A stretch of DNA of 64,000 nt. It comes from Spirochaetales bacterium. Its GTDB lineage: Bacteria; Spirochaetota; Spirochaetia; JABEVK01. Position 1 is the stretch's first letter. Each line of letters opens with the position of its first letter. The position numbers and the translations under genes are program-made. The notes below the pieces were generated by a model, which had not been told where the DNA came from, searched no databases, and saw nothing but the letters and a program-made list of their open reading frames with translations. The stretch is taken from NCBI GenBank assembly GCA_037142615.1, contig JBAXAI010000004.1, positions 1 to 64,000 of the forward strand, given 5' to 3'. Below, in pieces: positions 8,944-18,564 of the stretch.

Positions 8944-10229
8944 CGGGCGCGCACCTGGTTGCCGGCGCTCAGCTTGCGGGCCATCAGCTTGGCAAGGAAC
9001 AAGCCATACTGCGGGTAGAGCCTCAGCGTTTTGACGAAACTTCGCCGCGCGATTTTGATGATGCGTCCGGGGTTTTCGCAGATCACGGTGGCAGTGCGCA
9101 TGTTGTTCATCAAAAACGACATCTCGCCCATAAACACATCGGCCGGGGAAAGGCGGCCCACCTCGACCCCATCGTGGTACACCCCGAACTGCCCGCTGGT
9201 GATGTAGAAGATGTGGTCGCTCAGTTCGCCCTGTCGGAACACGATGTCACCCTTTTTGGCGATGAGCACCTGCTCGCCCTCAAAGCCCCTGGGCGTCTTC
9301 CTTTCGGAAGACTGGCTGTGGATCACGGTTAGGCAGGCCACGTTGCCGGTGCGGTTATAGCTGAGCTTGCCGCCCAGGCTCTTTGCCAGCTTGATGCCTC
9401 GTCCCGAAAGCGCCTCAGTACCTAGCGACTTGATCCGTTGCTGGAAGGCAGCCACGTCGAAGCCATTTCCTTGGTCGCGGACGAAGAACCGGGTGTCCTC
9501 GGGCCTGATCTCCCACTCGAGAGTCACCTTCTTGGAGCCAAGTGCCGGGTCCAGGGCGATCTTCTCACTGATGAGGTCGGAAATGTTGCCCCCATTGGAC
9601 AAGAACTCGGCTTTTTCGGTGGCAGTCAGCCCACAGTTGCCGTGTTCGATGCCGTTCTGCACCAGTTCGCTCAGCGCGATCTGCAGGTCGCGCTTCGAGT
9701 TTGGTAGCAGTCGCCCCCGCTGAACCAAGAGCTGGGCCGCCAGACCGGTATAGACCGGCACAACCATCGGATCGTTGTCGATGTTGAAACTGCCGGTGGT
9801 CCTTGCGCCGTCTTCCTCGCCGACTTCCAAGTGAACCAGAATCTGACGGTTGGCATCGATGATGCGCAGGTGTTTGTACAGCGAGTCTTTGAGTTTGTCG
9901 TAGCTGAGCACCGTGAGCACGTTGATGGCCGCCAACTGGCGGCTCACCTCGGTATCGCGGGCCTCCCGGGAATCGTAGATGGCGATGATGCCGAAGTTGT
10001 GCATCCACGAGTCGCTGAGCAGGCTTTCGAGCACCGGCGCCGAATCCAGCTCCGGGTCGGTGGCGTTCCAGATGACGATTTCGGGCAGGTCAAAGCTGAG
10101 GATCTCGAGGGCCTCTTCGACGTTCGACGCCTGATGCAGCAGGAACTCGTCGTTGCGATCCTGTACCAAGGCTTTCTCGAGCAAGGCCTTTACGTCAGGG
10201 CGGGAATTGAGAACAGCGACAAGACTCAT
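8916..10229 (-). CDS. receiver-like / HATPase (RsbW-like) / cyclic-nucleotide-binding domain protein
   Basis: ELVQNGIEHGN, DQGNGFD, SGRGI; C-terminal cNMP domain FMGEMSF...RTATV. Confidence 0.82.
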   Translation of the reverse strand: MSLVAVLNSRPDVKALLEKALVQDRNDEFLLHQASNVEEALEILSFDLPEIVIWNATDPELDSAPVLESLLSDSWMHNFGIIAIYDSREARDTEVSRQLAAINVLTVLSYDKLKDSLYKHLRIIDANRQILVHLEVGEEDGARTTGSFNIDNDPMVVPVYTGLAAQLLVQRGRLLPNSKRDLQIALSELVQNGIEHGNCGLTATEKAEFLSNGGNISDLISEKIALDPALGSKKVTLEWEIRPEDTRFFVRDQGNGFDVAAFQQRIKSLGTEALSGRGIKLAKSLGGKLSYNRTGNVACLTVIHSQSSERKTPRGFEGEQVLIAKKGDIVFRQGELSDHIFYITSGQFGVYHDGVEVGRLSPADVFMGEMSFLMNNMRTATVICENPGRIIKIARRSFVKTLRLYPQYGLFLAKLMARKLSAGNQVRARQVLDESMT

Positions 10230-10307
10230 CGAGAACCTCCGGGAAGCAAGAAAAAGCGGTTGCCTTTTATGGGAATATCGGTAAGATGCTGGAGCTATTG
10301 GAGTGCC

Positions 10308-11297
10308 ATGAAGACTCAAATCCTTTTGCCGGAACAGACCAAAGAAGCCGCAACCTTGATTCGGAAGGGGGGGCTTGTCGTGTTCCCTACCGAGACAGTT
10401 TACGGTTTGGGGGCCTCTGCGTTCAACCCCACCGCCTGCGCCCGCATCTACTCGGCCAAGGGACGACCGTCCGACAACCCCCTCATTGTCCACGTGGCTT
10501 CCGAAGAGCAGTTGAACGCCGTGGTCAGCTCGGTTCCCCCCAAGGCGCGTTCGTTGATCGAGGCCTTCTGGCCCGGTCCACTGTCGCTGATTTTACCTCG
10601 TTCCAGCGACTTGCCCGACATCGTCACGGCCGGTCTGCCGACGGTGGCAGTGCGGTGGCCTCGGCACGCGCAAGCCCTTCAATTCCTTCTCGAAACAGGA
10701 GTTGCGATTGCGGCTCCTTCTGCCAACGTGAGCGGCGCTCCCAGCCCCACCACCTTCGAGATGGCCAAAGGCGCCATGCTGGGCCGGGTGGATGGCATTT
10801 TGATGGGTGACGACGCCGACGAAGGCTTGGAGTCGACCATCGTCGGTTTTGTGGGCGAAGAAGCCCGCATTTTCCGCCCCGGCAGCATCACCGCCGAAGA
10901 CCTGTCCCGCGTGCTGGGCGTCAGTGCCGACTCGCTGACTTACGTGCCGTCTGCCGAAGGTCGTCCTCTGTCGCCCGGTCTCAAGTACGCGCACTACAAA
11001 CCTGCCGCCGAGGTCCGGCTGTACCGCACGGTGGGCGCGCTGGGCGAAGTTGCCGAAGCTGGCGAAAAAGTCGGCGTGCTCGTGCTGGGTTCTGCCGACC
11101 TGCCGTGCCCCGCCAGTTGGACTGTGATCCGGTTTGACGACCTCAAGGCCTACGCCAAGGGTCTCTATTCGTCGTTTTTTGAGCTCGACCGCGTGGGGTG
11201 CACCGAAATCTGGGCCCCCCTTCCCGAGTCTGTGGGCCTGGGAACCGCCTTGGCCAACCGCCTGCTCAAAGCCGCCGGTGGCAAGCTGCCGGAGTAG
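10308..11297 (+). CDS. sua5: L-threonylcarbamoyladenylate synthase (Sua5 type)
   Basis: FPTETVYGLG, KGRPSDNPLIVH, APSAN, SPGLKYAHY. Confidence 0.95.
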   Translation: MKTQILLPEQTKEAATLIRKGGLVVFPTETVYGLGASAFNPTACARIYSAKGRPSDNPLIVHVASEEQLNAVVSSVPPKARSLIEAFWPGPLSLILPRSSDLPDIVTAGLPTVAVRWPRHAQALQFLLETGVAIAAPSANVSGAPSPTTFEMAKGAMLGRVDGILMGDDADEGLESTIVGFVGEEARIFRPGSITAEDLSRVLGVSADSLTYVPSAEGRPLSPGLKYAHYKPAAEVRLYRTVGALGEVAEAGEKVGVLVLGSADLPCPASWTVIRFDDLKAYAKGLYSSFFELDRVGCTEIWAPLPESVGLGTALANRLLKAAGGKLPE

Positions 11298-11315
11298 TAC
11301 AAGCTGCCGGAGTAG
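11282..11315 (+). repeat. 16-bp direct repeat of the sua5 3' end
   Basis: CAAGCTGCCGGAGTAG at 11282-11297 and 11300-11315. Confidence 0.95.
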
Positions 11316-11547
11316 ACAAGAAGCCCTGCTCAAAGCTCAGCGCGGGCTGAGTTTTGAAGACGTTGTTGACGCGTACGCCTCGGGGGACGAGTTGGGAGTT
11401 CGACCACATCCGACACGTCCAAACCAAGTGCTCCTCGTGGTAAGAATCAACGGTTACGTGTGCGTTTGTCCTGCCGTACCGACCACCGAAGGTTACTTTC
11501 TCAAGACGGTCTACCCGAGCCGAAGATTGAACAAGAAAGGTGGCTGA
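11310..11547 (+). pseudogene. BrnT/RelE-fold toxin, apparently 5'-truncated
   Basis: LLKAQRGLSFEDVV...HP...YVCVCP...FLKTVYPSR matches this toxin class; no good start codon or SD. Confidence 0.65.
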
Positions 11548-11552
11548 CGGAC

Positions 11553-11927
11553 ATGTCAAAGAAACCACTCTACCCTGGAGACAGGGGTTTTCAGTACTTG
11601 GATGATGAAGAGAAGCAACTGATTGACGAGATCGAGGGTTCACAATGGACGAGCCTTCCTGCCGATGAGCTCGAGTTCCACGAAGCCAGGGCTCACGAAG
11701 CCGCACGCAACACGCTCGCCGAGATCGGCACCAAGTCGGAACGGATGAACATCCGCATGACTCTGGCCGACATGGAGGCGCTCAAAGCCGCTGCCGAGCG
11801 TGAAGGGCTACCCTACCAGTCGCTGGTGACCAGCGTTCTGCACAAGTTCACCACCGGTCGTCTTGTTGATTTGGACGAGGCCCGCAAGGTGCTGGGTGTC
11901 GAAGGCCGCCCGGAGGCCAGACGCTAG
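11553..11927 (+). CDS. CopG/RHH-type antitoxin
   Basis: LDDEEKQLI...RMNIRM...AEREGLPYQSLVTSVLHKF; directly downstream of toxin. Confidence 0.85.
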   Translation: MSKKPLYPGDRGFQYLDDEEKQLIDEIEGSQWTSLPADELEFHEARAHEAARNTLAEIGTKSERMNIRMTLADMEALKAAAEREGLPYQSLVTSVLHKFTTGRLVDLDEARKVLGVEGRPEARR

Positions 11928-13603
11928 TAGGTGACCGTGATCACCACTAGACCGTCGTTGCCGGGCGTTCCTGCCTGCAGACCACCAGCCCCAGCACTCG
12001 CCGTGTAGGCCGGGTCGGTCGGATTGGCGACACTATCCCAAGGTCCTCCTTTCACCGACTGGCTACCTGAGCCGACTGCGTACCCACCGCCGCCAGAACC
12101 CGCGTAGTAGACAGAGTTGAAGCCTGATGCTGCACCACCGCCGTAGCCGCCGCCACCGCCGCCGGGGCCACCGGACGCTGAGCCGGCAGAGGCGTTTGCA
12201 CCCTTCCCGCCGAGTCCAACGAAACTGGCAGCCGTCAACGACATGTTGGCACCGTCGTTACCTTTGTAACCGTTTGTGTCTGCTACGCAGACGCCGCCAA
12301 ATCCCCCCGACCCTGCACTCGGTGTGGTACCATATGTATCGCCGATCCCGCCACTCACTCCACCGCCCGCTCCGCCATGGAGTCCTGTCCCAGCCCCGCC
12401 GCCGCCACCGCCACCGACGGCCTTTAGGTTAAACGTTGCGCCAACCAGCAGGGCTACGACCGAGCCACCACCTCCGGAGCCCGCAGCGAGCGTACCAGTG
12501 CCACTTCCATTGTTGGTTCCGCCCATGGCAGGTCCCGTATAGGTGACAGTGCGCTTTCCACCCGCGCCGACAGCGACGTGGATCACTTGGCTGCTGAGAG
12601 CGGTGAAAGTCGATTGGGCGAAGCCTCCGCCTCCACCGACCGCCCCACCACTTCCGTAGCTGGTTCCAGCGCCACCCGCACCCCACGCCTTCGCTGTCAC
12701 GGTCGCATCTGCGATCAGGGGGATGTTCGCTAACCCTTGGGTACTGTAAACGTAGGTTCTCGAGAAGTGCGGCGTGATGGTTGCGTCACCGGTCAGCGTC
12801 ACCGTGGTGGAGGCGCTGGTGGCATCGGTGAAGGTCGCGTTTCCTGCCGGACTAGCCGTCCAGCCAGTGAACACATAGCCGGAAGTCGCCGTCGCCGTCA
12901 GCGCAATGGGGTTCGCTGACCCCGTGGCAGCCGAGGGCGCCATAGAGCCCCCGGTTGCGGTGGCCGGCGTCAGAATGAAGCCCTCAAATCCAACGCTGAC
13001 TTTGTACTCTTGCACCTCGCCGTTGCTGCCCGTGACGATATAGGTGACCGTCTGGGCAAAGTCATTGGGTGTGATCCCACTGACCTGAGGCACGACTCCC
13101 ACCTTGGAACTCGCGCCGGCAGAAAGACCGAAGGTTGCCACCAAGCCAGTGATGGTTGTGCCCTTGGGTACCGTCAGCAGGACATTGGCCCCGTCAATGA
13201 TTCCGAGCACCTCGGCCGACGGGTTACCTGCACCTGGTTGCAACTTGAAGGACTCGATGGCCGAGGTGCTCGCCCAGACCGCCCAGAGCGTCACGTCGTC
13301 GGTTCCGGTCACGAAGTCGGCAAGGCCATCATAGTCTTTGTTTCCGTCTTTCGCGACCGACCAACCGAGGAACGTCGAGCCTGCCTTCTTGTAGACGTTA
13401 GGCTTCAAGGACACGAGCTTTCCGGGTGTCGTTACCTGAGTTTGTTTGGCACCCGTACCCCCATTGGCATCAAACGTAATCGTCAACGACTTGGCGCTGT
13501 TGATCGCGGCGTGCACGTCGTTGGGACTATTGAGTGTCGCCAAGCCAACAGCCTCGCAACCCGCGAGCGTGGCGAGAAGTCCCAGGAAGGGTAGAAACCT
13601 CAT
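11924..13603 (-). CDS. surface lipoprotein with InlB B-repeat/Ig-like modules and Gly-rich C-terminus
   Basis: Lipobox LAGC; ITFDANGG...FLGWS; GYVFTGW; long Gly-rich tail. Confidence 0.8.
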   Translation of the reverse strand: MRFLPFLGLLATLAGCEAVGLATLNSPNDVHAAINSAKSLTITFDANGGTGAKQTQVTTPGKLVSLKPNVYKKAGSTFLGWSVAKDGNKDYDGLADFVTGTDDVTLWAVWASTSAIESFKLQPGAGNPSAEVLGIIDGANVLLTVPKGTTITGLVATFGLSAGASSKVGVVPQVSGITPNDFAQTVTYIVTGSNGEVQEYKVSVGFEGFILTPATATGGSMAPSAATGSANPIALTATATSGYVFTGWTASPAGNATFTDATSASTTVTLTGDATITPHFSRTYVYSTQGLANIPLIADATVTAKAWGAGGAGTSYGSGGAVGGGGGFAQSTFTALSSQVIHVAVGAGGKRTVTYTGPAMGGTNNGSGTGTLAAGSGGGGSVVALLVGATFNLKAVGGGGGGGAGTGLHGGAGGGVSGGIGDTYGTTPSAGSGGFGGVCVADTNGYKGNDGANMSLTAASFVGLGGKGANASAGSASGGPGGGGGGYGGGAASGFNSVYYAGSGGGGYAVGSGSQSVKGGPWDSVANPTDPAYTASAGAGGLQAGTPGNDGLVVITVTY

Positions 13604-14867
13604 CAGGAACCTCCCAACAGGGTGATGGACTTGTCCAGGTCGGCGATCTGCTGGTCAAACGACGTGGTGTCGGGAACCACGAAGAACGACGCGGCAAAGG
13701 CGGCCAACCCGACACCGGCTGCTGCCAAACCCGCCGAATACACGGTGTTCATCAAAGTGATTTGAGTCCGATCAGCGTCGAGCAGGAGTTGGTTGGCGCC
13801 GACCAGCTCTGGGCGCCCACCGTCAGGTAGTCGGCAGCAGCCTGGTTGGCGGCGAAGAAGCCGTAGCCTGCGGTGCCTGCTCCCACGGCACCCAGGATTC
13901 CCCCCGCCCATTTGAGCCAACCGCCGTCCTGCGAGGCGGCCACCTTCCGTTTGGACTGGAGCGCGGTTCGCTGCAGGATCAGCGACGCCTTGACTTCGAG
14001 ACCCGGATCTTCGGCCGTGGCCGTTGCTGGCACCGTCCCAGGGGCCGACGTCGGCGTTACGGTAGGCGCAGTCACCGGAACCGGCGCTTTGGTGCGCAGC
14101 GAGGCCGGGACGAGGAAGAACTCATCGCTGAGGCTGAGGCTGCTGTAGGGTGACTGTTTGCCACCCGTGATGCGCTTCACTTCGCCGGTGATCTTGGTTG
14201 CGAGCACCTGAAGTGAAAGATCCGACTTGATGTACTTGAGGAGGGCTTGGGTGAAGACGCCGTTGCGACCGGTGCCGTCGGCCGCCGTGTCGCCCGGAGC
14301 GGTGGCGAACAGCACCGCCGATCCTTCGACGTTGTTGGCCTGGGTGACAACCGAGAGTCCACGGGTTCCTCCCAGCGAGCGGGAGTCTTTTTTGGCAAAG
14401 GGATTGTCGCGGCAGGCATCCAAAATGACAATGTTGGTGCTGACCTTGGCGTCGTTGAACATCGCGAGGACGCTCTGCAGGCCCACCGCTTCGTTGGCGA
14501 TATCGTCGGCAGTCTCGAACGTCTCTTTGACGGGGATCAGATAATTCTGGCCGCCGATTTGGATGCCGTGACCCGCGTAGTAGAACAGCGCCACGGGATT
14601 TCGTGAACCGGCCATGTCGTTGCGGAAACTCACGATCGAGCGGTTCATGGCCTTTCTGTCGCCGTTGATGAGCCGGGTCACCTTCCAACCGATGCTCTCG
14701 AGCGCATCGGCCACATCGCCGGCGTCATTGGCCGCGTTTGCCAGCGCCGCATTGCCGTCGTAGGCCGCGTTGCCAATGACCAGCGCAAACCGCGCTGCGT
14801 CCTCTGAGGCCCCCAGGACCTCCGCAAGAAGCACCATGATTCCCAAGAGCAGCACGCGACACTTCAT
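13603..14867 (-). pseudogene. secreted caspase-like (peptidase C14) protein, frameshifted near 13760-13830
   Basis: Signal peptide; ALVIGN, YYAGHG, ILDACR; hydrophobic C-terminus continues in another frame to a stop coupled (TGATG) to the lipoprotein start. Confidence 0.75.
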
Positions 14868-14928
14868 CTCGTTTCCTCTCAATTCTTCCAAGTTGACGAA
14901 AACAAGTTAAGTTGAGTGAAGATTTTGG

Positions 14929-16398
14929 TCAAGCCAACCCGATCTGCCCCGCCGCGATCTTGGCGCTGAGCAGCACGACAGGCATGCCTGCTCCGGGGTG
15001 ACCGCCGCCGCTGACAAACCAGAGGCCCTTGTGACGGGTGCTGCGGTTGGGGTGACGGTTGAACGCGGCCATGGTCGAGTTCGACGACATGCCGTAGATG
15101 CTGCCGAACGAACTGCCGGTCAGGCGCTCGATGCCCGTGGGGTCGAGTATCTCTTCCTCCACGAGGTAGGGGCGCACGGCCTTACCCAGCAGACCTTCGA
15201 TCTTGTCGAGCACGATTTCGCGGGTCTGCTGGCCCAGAGCCTTCCAGTCCTGGCCCCGGTTGGGCGGCACGTTCACCAGCACAAACCAGTTTTCGTGCCC
15301 GGCTGGCGCATCGCCGGGGGTGAGCTTCGAGGTGATGTTGAGGTAAATCGTGGGGTCGTCGGCAGGAACCCCCTCGTCGAACAGTTGGGCGAACTCGCGC
15401 TGGTAGTCGGCCGAAAAAAAGATGTTGTGCAACCCCAGTTCGGCAAACGACTGGGTGACGCCCCAGGTGTACACCAGCCCCGACGACGAGGGTTGCAGCT
15501 TGCGGTAGCGGCGGGCCCAGGGTGCGTCGTCGTCCCGCAGCATCTGGTAGGTTTTGAGCACGTCGGAATTGGAGACCACCACGTCGGCCTCGTAGGTGCC
15601 TTTGTCGGTGACAAGGCCGCTGACGCGGCCGCCTGTGCTGACGATTTGCGTCACGGTTTCGTTGTAGTGGTAGGTGGCTCCCAGCTCGCGGCCCAGCTGC
15701 TCGATAGCCGTCGGCAGCGCGTAGATGCCGTCGTTGACGCCCGAGCCGCCCAAGCTGTATTCCAGCCACGGAATGATGCCCAGCGTGCCCGGAGTCTTGT
15801 AGGGAGACGACCCGTTGTAGGTAGCATAACGGCCAAAGAGCTGCAGCATCCGGGGATCGCGAAAATACCGCCGGTTCATGGCGTCGAGGGTGGTGAACAC
15901 GTCGAGGAAAGGCATGCGGACAATGCCTCGCAGCCCCTCGGGACCCAGCCACGTGGCCACCGATTGCAGGCTCTTTTCCAGGAACAGCGTGCCCGCCGTT
16001 TCGTAGAGGAACTTCAGGTGGCGAAAGTACTTCTCGAGCGCGGGACGCTCGGCCCAGCCCCGGCCGACCAGGGCCGAAATGGCCCCTTCGACCGAACCGG
16101 GCATGGCGAGCGTGTCGCCGCCCTCAAACCAGTAGTGGCAGATGGTCTCGAGCGGGGTCAGAGCCACCCGCTGGCGGAAGTCTGCACCGCAATCGCGGAA
16201 CAGTTCTTCGAAAACGGGCACCAGCGTCAGGTTGCTTGGGCCGGTGTCGAACCGGTAACCGCCTCGGTTGGCGGTGAAGGCCTTGCCGCCCGGGCCGCTG
16301 CGACGGTCAAACACGTGGACCTGCCAGCCTTGCTTCGACAGCCGAGCGGCCGCCGCCAAACCACCGAGACCGGCACCAACGATAAGGGCTCGCTTCAT
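14929..16398 (-). CDS. phytoene desaturase/CrtI-CrtD family carotenoid desaturase
   Basis: IVGAGLGGL, GGK, FDTGPS, HPGAGMP. Confidence 0.88.
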   Translation of the reverse strand: MKRALIVGAGLGGLAAAARLSKQGWQVHVFDRRSGPGGKAFTANRGGYRFDTGPSNLTLVPVFEELFRDCGADFRQRVALTPLETICHYWFEGGDTLAMPGSVEGAISALVGRGWAERPALEKYFRHLKFLYETAGTLFLEKSLQSVATWLGPEGLRGIVRMPFLDVFTTLDAMNRRYFRDPRMLQLFGRYATYNGSSPYKTPGTLGIIPWLEYSLGGSGVNDGIYALPTAIEQLGRELGATYHYNETVTQIVSTGGRVSGLVTDKGTYEADVVVSNSDVLKTYQMLRDDDAPWARRYRKLQPSSSGLVYTWGVTQSFAELGLHNIFFSADYQREFAQLFDEGVPADDPTIYLNITSKLTPGDAPAGHENWFVLVNVPPNRGQDWKALGQQTREIVLDKIEGLLGKAVRPYLVEEEILDPTGIERLTGSSFGSIYGMSSNSTMAAFNRHPNRSTRHKGLWFVSGGGHPGAGMPVVLLSAKIAAGQIGLA

Positions 16399-16417
16399 CG
16401 CCTGTTTTCCTTCTGCC

Positions 16418-17152
16418 TTATTCCAGCCAAATGAAACTGCCGCAACGCCCGGTCGGTGACTCTCGGCGGTGGCTGAAGAACAGGTCTTTGTCGCGGTAGC
16501 TTTCCCACGGGGCCTGGTGCACTTCGCCGACGCCCAGCGACCGGAGTTGGCGGGCGGCCGCCCCCGAAAGATCAAAGTGCCAATGACCTGGGCCATCGGG
16601 GGCAAAGTCTTCGCGGTGACCATCGTCGTGACGCACGAACACACTCCACACTTCGTCGCCCACCTGGTAGTCTTTCGCGCCGATGCCGGGGCCCACCCAG
16701 TAGCAAAGATCCTCGGCGGGAATCCCGAAGGCTTCGATCCCCTTTGCCAAAATGCCGTCGGCCAGGCCCCGCCAACCCACGTGGAAGGCGCCGACGACGG
16801 TCGAATGGCGGTCGCAAGCAAGCACCGGCAGGCAGTCGGCCGTTTGAACAACCAAGGGTAGCCCACGGCGGCGCGTGATGCACCCGTCGGCCGTCGGAAT
16901 CTCACCCTCACCGACACCCTCGGCGTGAATGACCAGTGTCCCGTGCACCTGGTTGAGCCACACGGGTTCGTGCTGCCAGGCCTGCGTGGAGACGACCAGC
17001 CTGCGGTTTTGCCTCACGAGTTCCGGGTCGTCACCGACGTGAAGGGCAAGGTTGAGGCTTGCAAAATCACCGGTGCTGGTTCCTCCGGTACGGGTCGTCT
17101 GCAGGCTGCGCACGCCTTGCGGCGCGTTCCAAGAAGGGTGAAGAAAGGTCAT
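16418..17152 (-). CDS. pgeF: peptidoglycan editing factor / purine nucleoside phosphorylase YfiH
   Basis: TTRTGG, NLALHVGD, LNQVHG, TADCLPV, HVGWRG, FFSHRR. Confidence 0.93.
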   Translation of the reverse strand: MTFLHPSWNAPQGVRSLQTTRTGGTSTGDFASLNLALHVGDDPELVRQNRRLVVSTQAWQHEPVWLNQVHGTLVIHAEGVGEGEIPTADGCITRRRGLPLVVQTADCLPVLACDRHSTVVGAFHVGWRGLADGILAKGIEAFGIPAEDLCYWVGPGIGAKDYQVGDEVWSVFVRHDDGHREDFAPDGPGHWHFDLSGAAARQLRSLGVGEVHQAPWESYRDKDLFFSHRRESPTGRCGSFIWLE

Positions 17153-18432
17153 TGGAAGGACTCCTGTGGGCTCGTCTCGTCGGCAAACTCGGCCAGAGCC
17201 GCTGCGGCCGAAGGGGGGGCGAGCGCGGTGATTTCGATAGCCGTGTCGGTGTAGGTCTCGGACAGCACCTGCGCATGCTTATACAGGTAGCCAACCAGGT
17301 CTCCACGGTGCAGGGGGAGCCGGTACAGCACCGGGCGGCGAAGGCTCTTCAGTGTTTCCGAAAGCTGAAGTTTCAGCTCGTCCACACCGTCGCCGGTCAA
17401 AAGGCTGACAAACACCGCGTCGGGAAACTGGAGCTCCAAGCCGCGCCGCAGCACCTCATTGCCATTCAGGGCGTCGAGCTTGTTGAACACGAGCAGTTGG
17501 GGCTTGTCGCCGCAACCCAGGCTGGCGAGCACCTCGAGCGTGGTTCTCCTCTGCACGTCCCAATCCTGATGGCTGGCATCGACCACGTGCACCAAGAAGT
17601 CCGAAAACTGAGCTTCTTCGAGCGTGGAGCGGAACGCGTCGACCAGATGGTGGGGCAGCTTTTGGATGAAGCCGACCGTGTCGGTGAGCAGGATTTCGAG
17701 GCCACCGCCGAGTTGGGTCCGCCGCGTGGTGGGGTCGAGGGTGGCGAACAGCTTGTCTTCCTGCAGCACCCCCGCGTCGGTGAGCGTGTTGAGCAGGGTC
17801 GACTTGCCGGCGTTGGTGTAGCCCACAATGCTCGCCACCGGGAGCGTATTGCCCTCGCGCTTGCTGCGGGTGCGGTCGCGGTGACGGCGCACCTTGTCGA
17901 GCTCGTCTTTGAGTTTATCGATCTTGTCGAGGATGACGCGCCGGTCGAGCTCGAGCTGCATTTCCCCGCCGCCGCGGTTGCCGCGGGCACCGCCGCGCTG
18001 GCGGCTCAAGTTGGTGTAGCTGCGGGCCAAGCGCGGAAGGCTGTACTGCATGCGTGCCAAACCCACCTGCAGAACGGCCTCGCGGGTGAAGGCCCGTTCG
18101 CTGAAGATTTCGAGGATGACTTCCTGGCGGTCGATCACGGTGAGGCCCGAAAACTCTTCCCAGTTGCGCTGTTGGCTGGGCGACAAGTCGTCGTCAAAAA
18201 TCACCAGGCTGGCGCCAAAGTCCAGGGCCAGCGCCACGATCTCGTCGGCCTTGCCCGAGCCGACCAACAGACGAGGGTGCGGCTCCCGGTGCCTCACCAC
18301 GTAGCCCTTCGACTCGTCGATGCCCATCGTCTTGACCAAACCGGCAAGTTCGTCGAGGTGCGACTGGGCGGTGCTGTCGGAAAGACCGGGCGGTTGGAGG
18401 GTCACGAGCAGGGCTTTGGGGGCTTCATCCAT
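17149..18432 (-). CDS. hflX: GTPase HflX
   Basis: GYTNAGKSTL, LFATLDPT, DTVGFI, NKLD. Confidence 0.96.
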   Translation of the reverse strand: MDEAPKALLVTLQPPGLSDSTAQSHLDELAGLVKTMGIDESKGYVVRHREPHPRLLVGSGKADEIVALALDFGASLVIFDDDLSPSQQRNWEEFSGLTVIDRQEVILEIFSERAFTREAVLQVGLARMQYSLPRLARSYTNLSRQRGGARGNRGGGEMQLELDRRVILDKIDKLKDELDKVRRHRDRTRSKREGNTLPVASIVGYTNAGKSTLLNTLTDAGVLQEDKLFATLDPTTRRTQLGGGLEILLTDTVGFIQKLPHHLVDAFRSTLEEAQFSDFLVHVVDASHQDWDVQRRTTLEVLASLGCGDKPQLLVFNKLDALNGNEVLRRGLELQFPDAVFVSLLTGDGVDELKLQLSETLKSLRRPVLYRLPLHRGDLVGYLYKHAQVLSETYTDTAIEITALAPPSAAAALAEFADETSPQESFQ

Positions 18433-18505
18433 GGCTCACTATGGGGCCGCAGGGGGGTGGGGGTCAACCGCAGGGAAAACTCTCGCTGGAGGCCGAGAAC
18501 AGGCT

Positions 18506-18520
18506 TATACTTACGTAAGT
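18506..18520 (+). promoter_or_regulatory. -10 box overlapped by perfect 12-bp palindrome (candidate operator)
   Basis: TATACT at 18506-18511; ACTTACGTAAGT at 18509-18520. Confidence 0.4.
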
Positions 18521-18564
18521 GAACCCTCACCCCGTTGGAGGAGGGTCGCGTCAAGGAGGATGTT

